Shown here: piece by piece, positions 61,010-64,000 of the stretch
Position numbering within the stretch: position 1 is the first letter of the stretch
Layout: every line of letters starts with the position of its first letter
Source of the DNA: Mobula hypostoma
Taxonomy: Eukaryota
DNA length: 64,000 nucleotides
NCBI RefSeq assembly: GCF_963921235.1
Contig: NC_086107.1
Span: 103,294,001-103,358,000 of the forward strand
Reading direction: 5' to 3'
Notes under the pieces: generated by a model
Database searches by the model: none
Seen by the model: only the letters and a program-made list of their open reading frames with translations
Told to the model about the DNA's origin: nothing
Made by a program: the position numbers and the translations under genes

Positions 61010-62090
61010 TCATAGAGTCATAGAGCTCTACAGCATGGGGAGAGACCCTTCAGCCCATCTAATCCATGTTGAATTGTTATTCTACCTAGTACCATCCTGG
61101 ACCATAGTCCTCCATAACCCTCCTGTCCACATACCTACCCAAACTTCTCTTACATGTTGAAAACAAACCTACATCCTCCATTTTCACTGGCAGTTTGTTT
61201 CATACTCTGAGTGAAGATGTTCCCCCTCAAATTTCATCTTTCATCCTTAGCCTATGTCCCCTAGTTCCAGTCTCACCCAACCTCAGTGGAAAAAAAAGAC
61301 TGCTTGTATTTACCTTATTTATACCCATCATAATTTTATATACCTCTGTCAAACCTCCCCTCATTCTTCTACGCTCCAGGGAAGACAAAAGTCCTAACCT
61401 ATTCAATCTTTCCCGTAATTCATGTCTTCAAGTCCAGGCAACATCCTTGTAAATTTTGTTTGCACTCTTTCAATCTTATTGATATCTTTCTTGAGGGTAG
61501 GTGACCAGAACTGGACTCCATACTCCAATATAGGCCTCACTAATGTCTTGTACAACTTCAACATAACATCCCAACATCCCAACTCCCATACTCAATACTT
61601 CGATTTATGAAGGGCAATGTGCCAATAAGCTCTCTTTGGTTCCCTATCTACCTGTGATGCCACTTCCAGGGAATTATGGACCTGTATCCACAGATCCCTC
61701 TGTTCTATAGTACTCCTCAGTGCCCTACTGTTCACCATGTAAGACCTACCTTGGTTAGTCCTCCCAAAGTGCAACACGTCACACTTGCCTGCATTAAATT
61801 TCACCTGCCATTTATCAGCACATTTTTCCAATTGGTCCAAATTGCGCTACAAGCTTGATAGTCTTCCTCGTTGTCCACTATGCCCCCAATCTCGGTGTGA
61901 TACGCTGATTTGCTGATCCAGTTTACCACATTATCATCCAGATCATTGATATAGCTGACAAACAATAAAAGACCCAGCACCGATCCCTGCGGCACTCCAC
62001 TAGTCACAGGCCTCCAGTCAGAGAGGCAACCATCTACCTCCAATCTCCAGTTCCTCCTGGAAAGGCAATGTTAAATCCAATTTACTACAA
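61010..62090 (-). mobile_element. CR1 LINE RT-3' fragment
   Basis: [45 protein letters not shown]. Confidence 0.88.
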
Positions 62091-64000
62091 CACCATCACA
62101 CAAACCAGCAGTCTGTCAGTCACAGCCTACATTAATAAAGAAAACAATTTCCTTCATAAGACAATTTACCTGTAACATACACTTTATGATAACAGAAATG
62201 ACCAGAACACATTTATATTCTGTTGAATATTTACATTATGTTGAAGGTTGGTTGAGTGAAGAACCAGTTTAAAGATCTTTAAATTTAGCTTCCTGTCTGA
62301 GCCTCACACGAACACAGAATTTCATTGCACCCTGATTTACATGACAATAAACTAATCTGAATTTGATCCTGAACACCTTTTAACCCAACAAAGACTTGCA
62401 GATCTGAAATATCTCTTTCTGTAGATGCTGCCTGACCTGCTGAGTTTTTCCAGCATTTTCTGTCGGGTTCTAGCACTGCGGTTGTTTTGGCAGTTCAAAC
62501 GGAGCTGCAGAGGACTGGAGACTCAGACAGCTCCAGATCTCCCCACCATTGAGGACATCTTCAGGAGATGGTCCCTCCCACTGCAGAGGGTTGTAGACCC
62601 AGTCGCCTCCGTCGTGGCACAAGTCTCCACGCCATTGAGGACATCTTCAAGAAGGCAGCTTCCATCATTAAGGACCCTCATCATCGAAGACATGTCCCCT
62701 TCTCATTACAACCATCAGGGAGGAAGAACAGGAGCTTGAAGACACACACTCAATGTTTTAAGAACAACTTTTTCCCCTCTGTCACCAGATTTCCGGACAG
62801 TCCACGAATATACGAACACGACTTCGCTATTTTGGTCTCTTTTTGCACTAAAAAAAATGTATTTCTTATTGTAACTTGCAGTCATCTTCTACGTGTTGCA
62901 CTGCACTCCTGCCACGAAACAACAAATTTCACAACATATGTCAGTGATAATAATTCTGATTCTGATACAGTACTGTCTTTTGGTCTCCACTGTGATCAGG
63001 GCTGTTCCCTGCCTGGTCTAAGATCTGGCCCAAGCCATCTCGTGAGTGTTGAATGATCCTCACTCAGGAAAAAAATAGCTTTGGTGAATAGACAGGCAAG
63101 AAAAGAAAAATCGATATTACTGTTTTTACTGATATTATACCCTACAAAATCAACTATGATGTTTCCATAATCTTCTCACTAATACACAGTCGAATAGTCT
63201 TTTGCACTAATTCTATTCTGTAACTTAAAATAGTTTTTATATCTTGCTGCCACAAACAAAAAAAAAGTCACTGCTTACTTCAGTGATAATAAACCCGATT
63301 CTGATAATCAGGATAGGAAATTACACTTTATATACAGGATGTTGCATGAATGAGAATTGCTATACAGGCCATCCCCTATCTATAAAAAAATCTAATTTAT
63401 GTACACCCCTTCCTACAAATGAGCTCCCATAGCTCTGTTAAGCTCAGAAGTCCATCATACCTAGTGACATTGAATAGCAGAACGTTTCGTCCTCCCCCTC
63501 ACCACTTTCAGCAATTGTTCTCTCTCATCAGTCTTGCGTGTTTTTGATACATTCATTACAGTACTGTGGAGATATGGTTACTATATTAAATTATTCTGTG
63601 CATTTTCCAATTTATGGTCAAAATTGACTTAGGGACGTCAGTAAAAACTCGTTTGGTACCCAGGGACTTCTTGTACTGTACTGCATTCTGGCTCCATCTA
63701 AAGGCCAGAGCTTGCAACTGCAGGTGTAAATTGCAATGGTTCCCACAAATTAAACGAGGACTACTGACTGACAGGGATATTCCAACGTGAATGGCAATCA
63801 AAATATGTTAATAAAATGATGATTTGAGAATATACTATATTTTAGGCCTTTGACACTGTGGGATTAGATGGGATTAGACTATAGATTCTGTGGGTTTGTT
63901 CCCCGAGCAAATGGTCCAAACCATCTCACAGAGTCAGAGTCATAGAAAAGTACAACTCGGAAACAGGCCCTAGTATGTACAGGACCATTTAAACTGCTTA

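Overview
Vertebrate genomic DNA. The repeat landscape (CR1 LINEs, V-domain tRNA SINEs, Penelope ends, Rex1/Babar) suggests a cartilaginous fish such as a ray or shark; this is an inference. Two complete spliced genes lie in tandem on the minus strand, in the same order as PMM1-DESI1 in tetrapods. PMM1 (phosphomannomutase 1) has 8 coding exons at 33248->7325 and 253 aa. DESI1 (desumoylating isopeptidase 1) has 6 coding exons at 55963->42555 and 166 aa. Each has a CpG-rich promoter. I assembled all exons by hand with consistent splice phases. The rest is mostly decayed transposons, and nearly all entries in the ORF track are spurious or TE-derived. The best leads are: (1) a possible duplicated alternative last exon of DESI1 at 39159-39240 giving a C-terminal -ETSL PDZ-type ligand; (2) a GC-AG intron in PMM1 with a competing GT donor 4 nt away that would give an NMD isoform; (3) an out-of-frame uORF overlapping the PMM1 start; (4) many minimal hammerhead ribozyme motifs in Penelope ends, two flanking PMM1 exon 1; (5) a Chapaev3 transposon with TIRs; (6) a triple-nested retroelement insertion; (7) a ~600-bp fold-back MITE.
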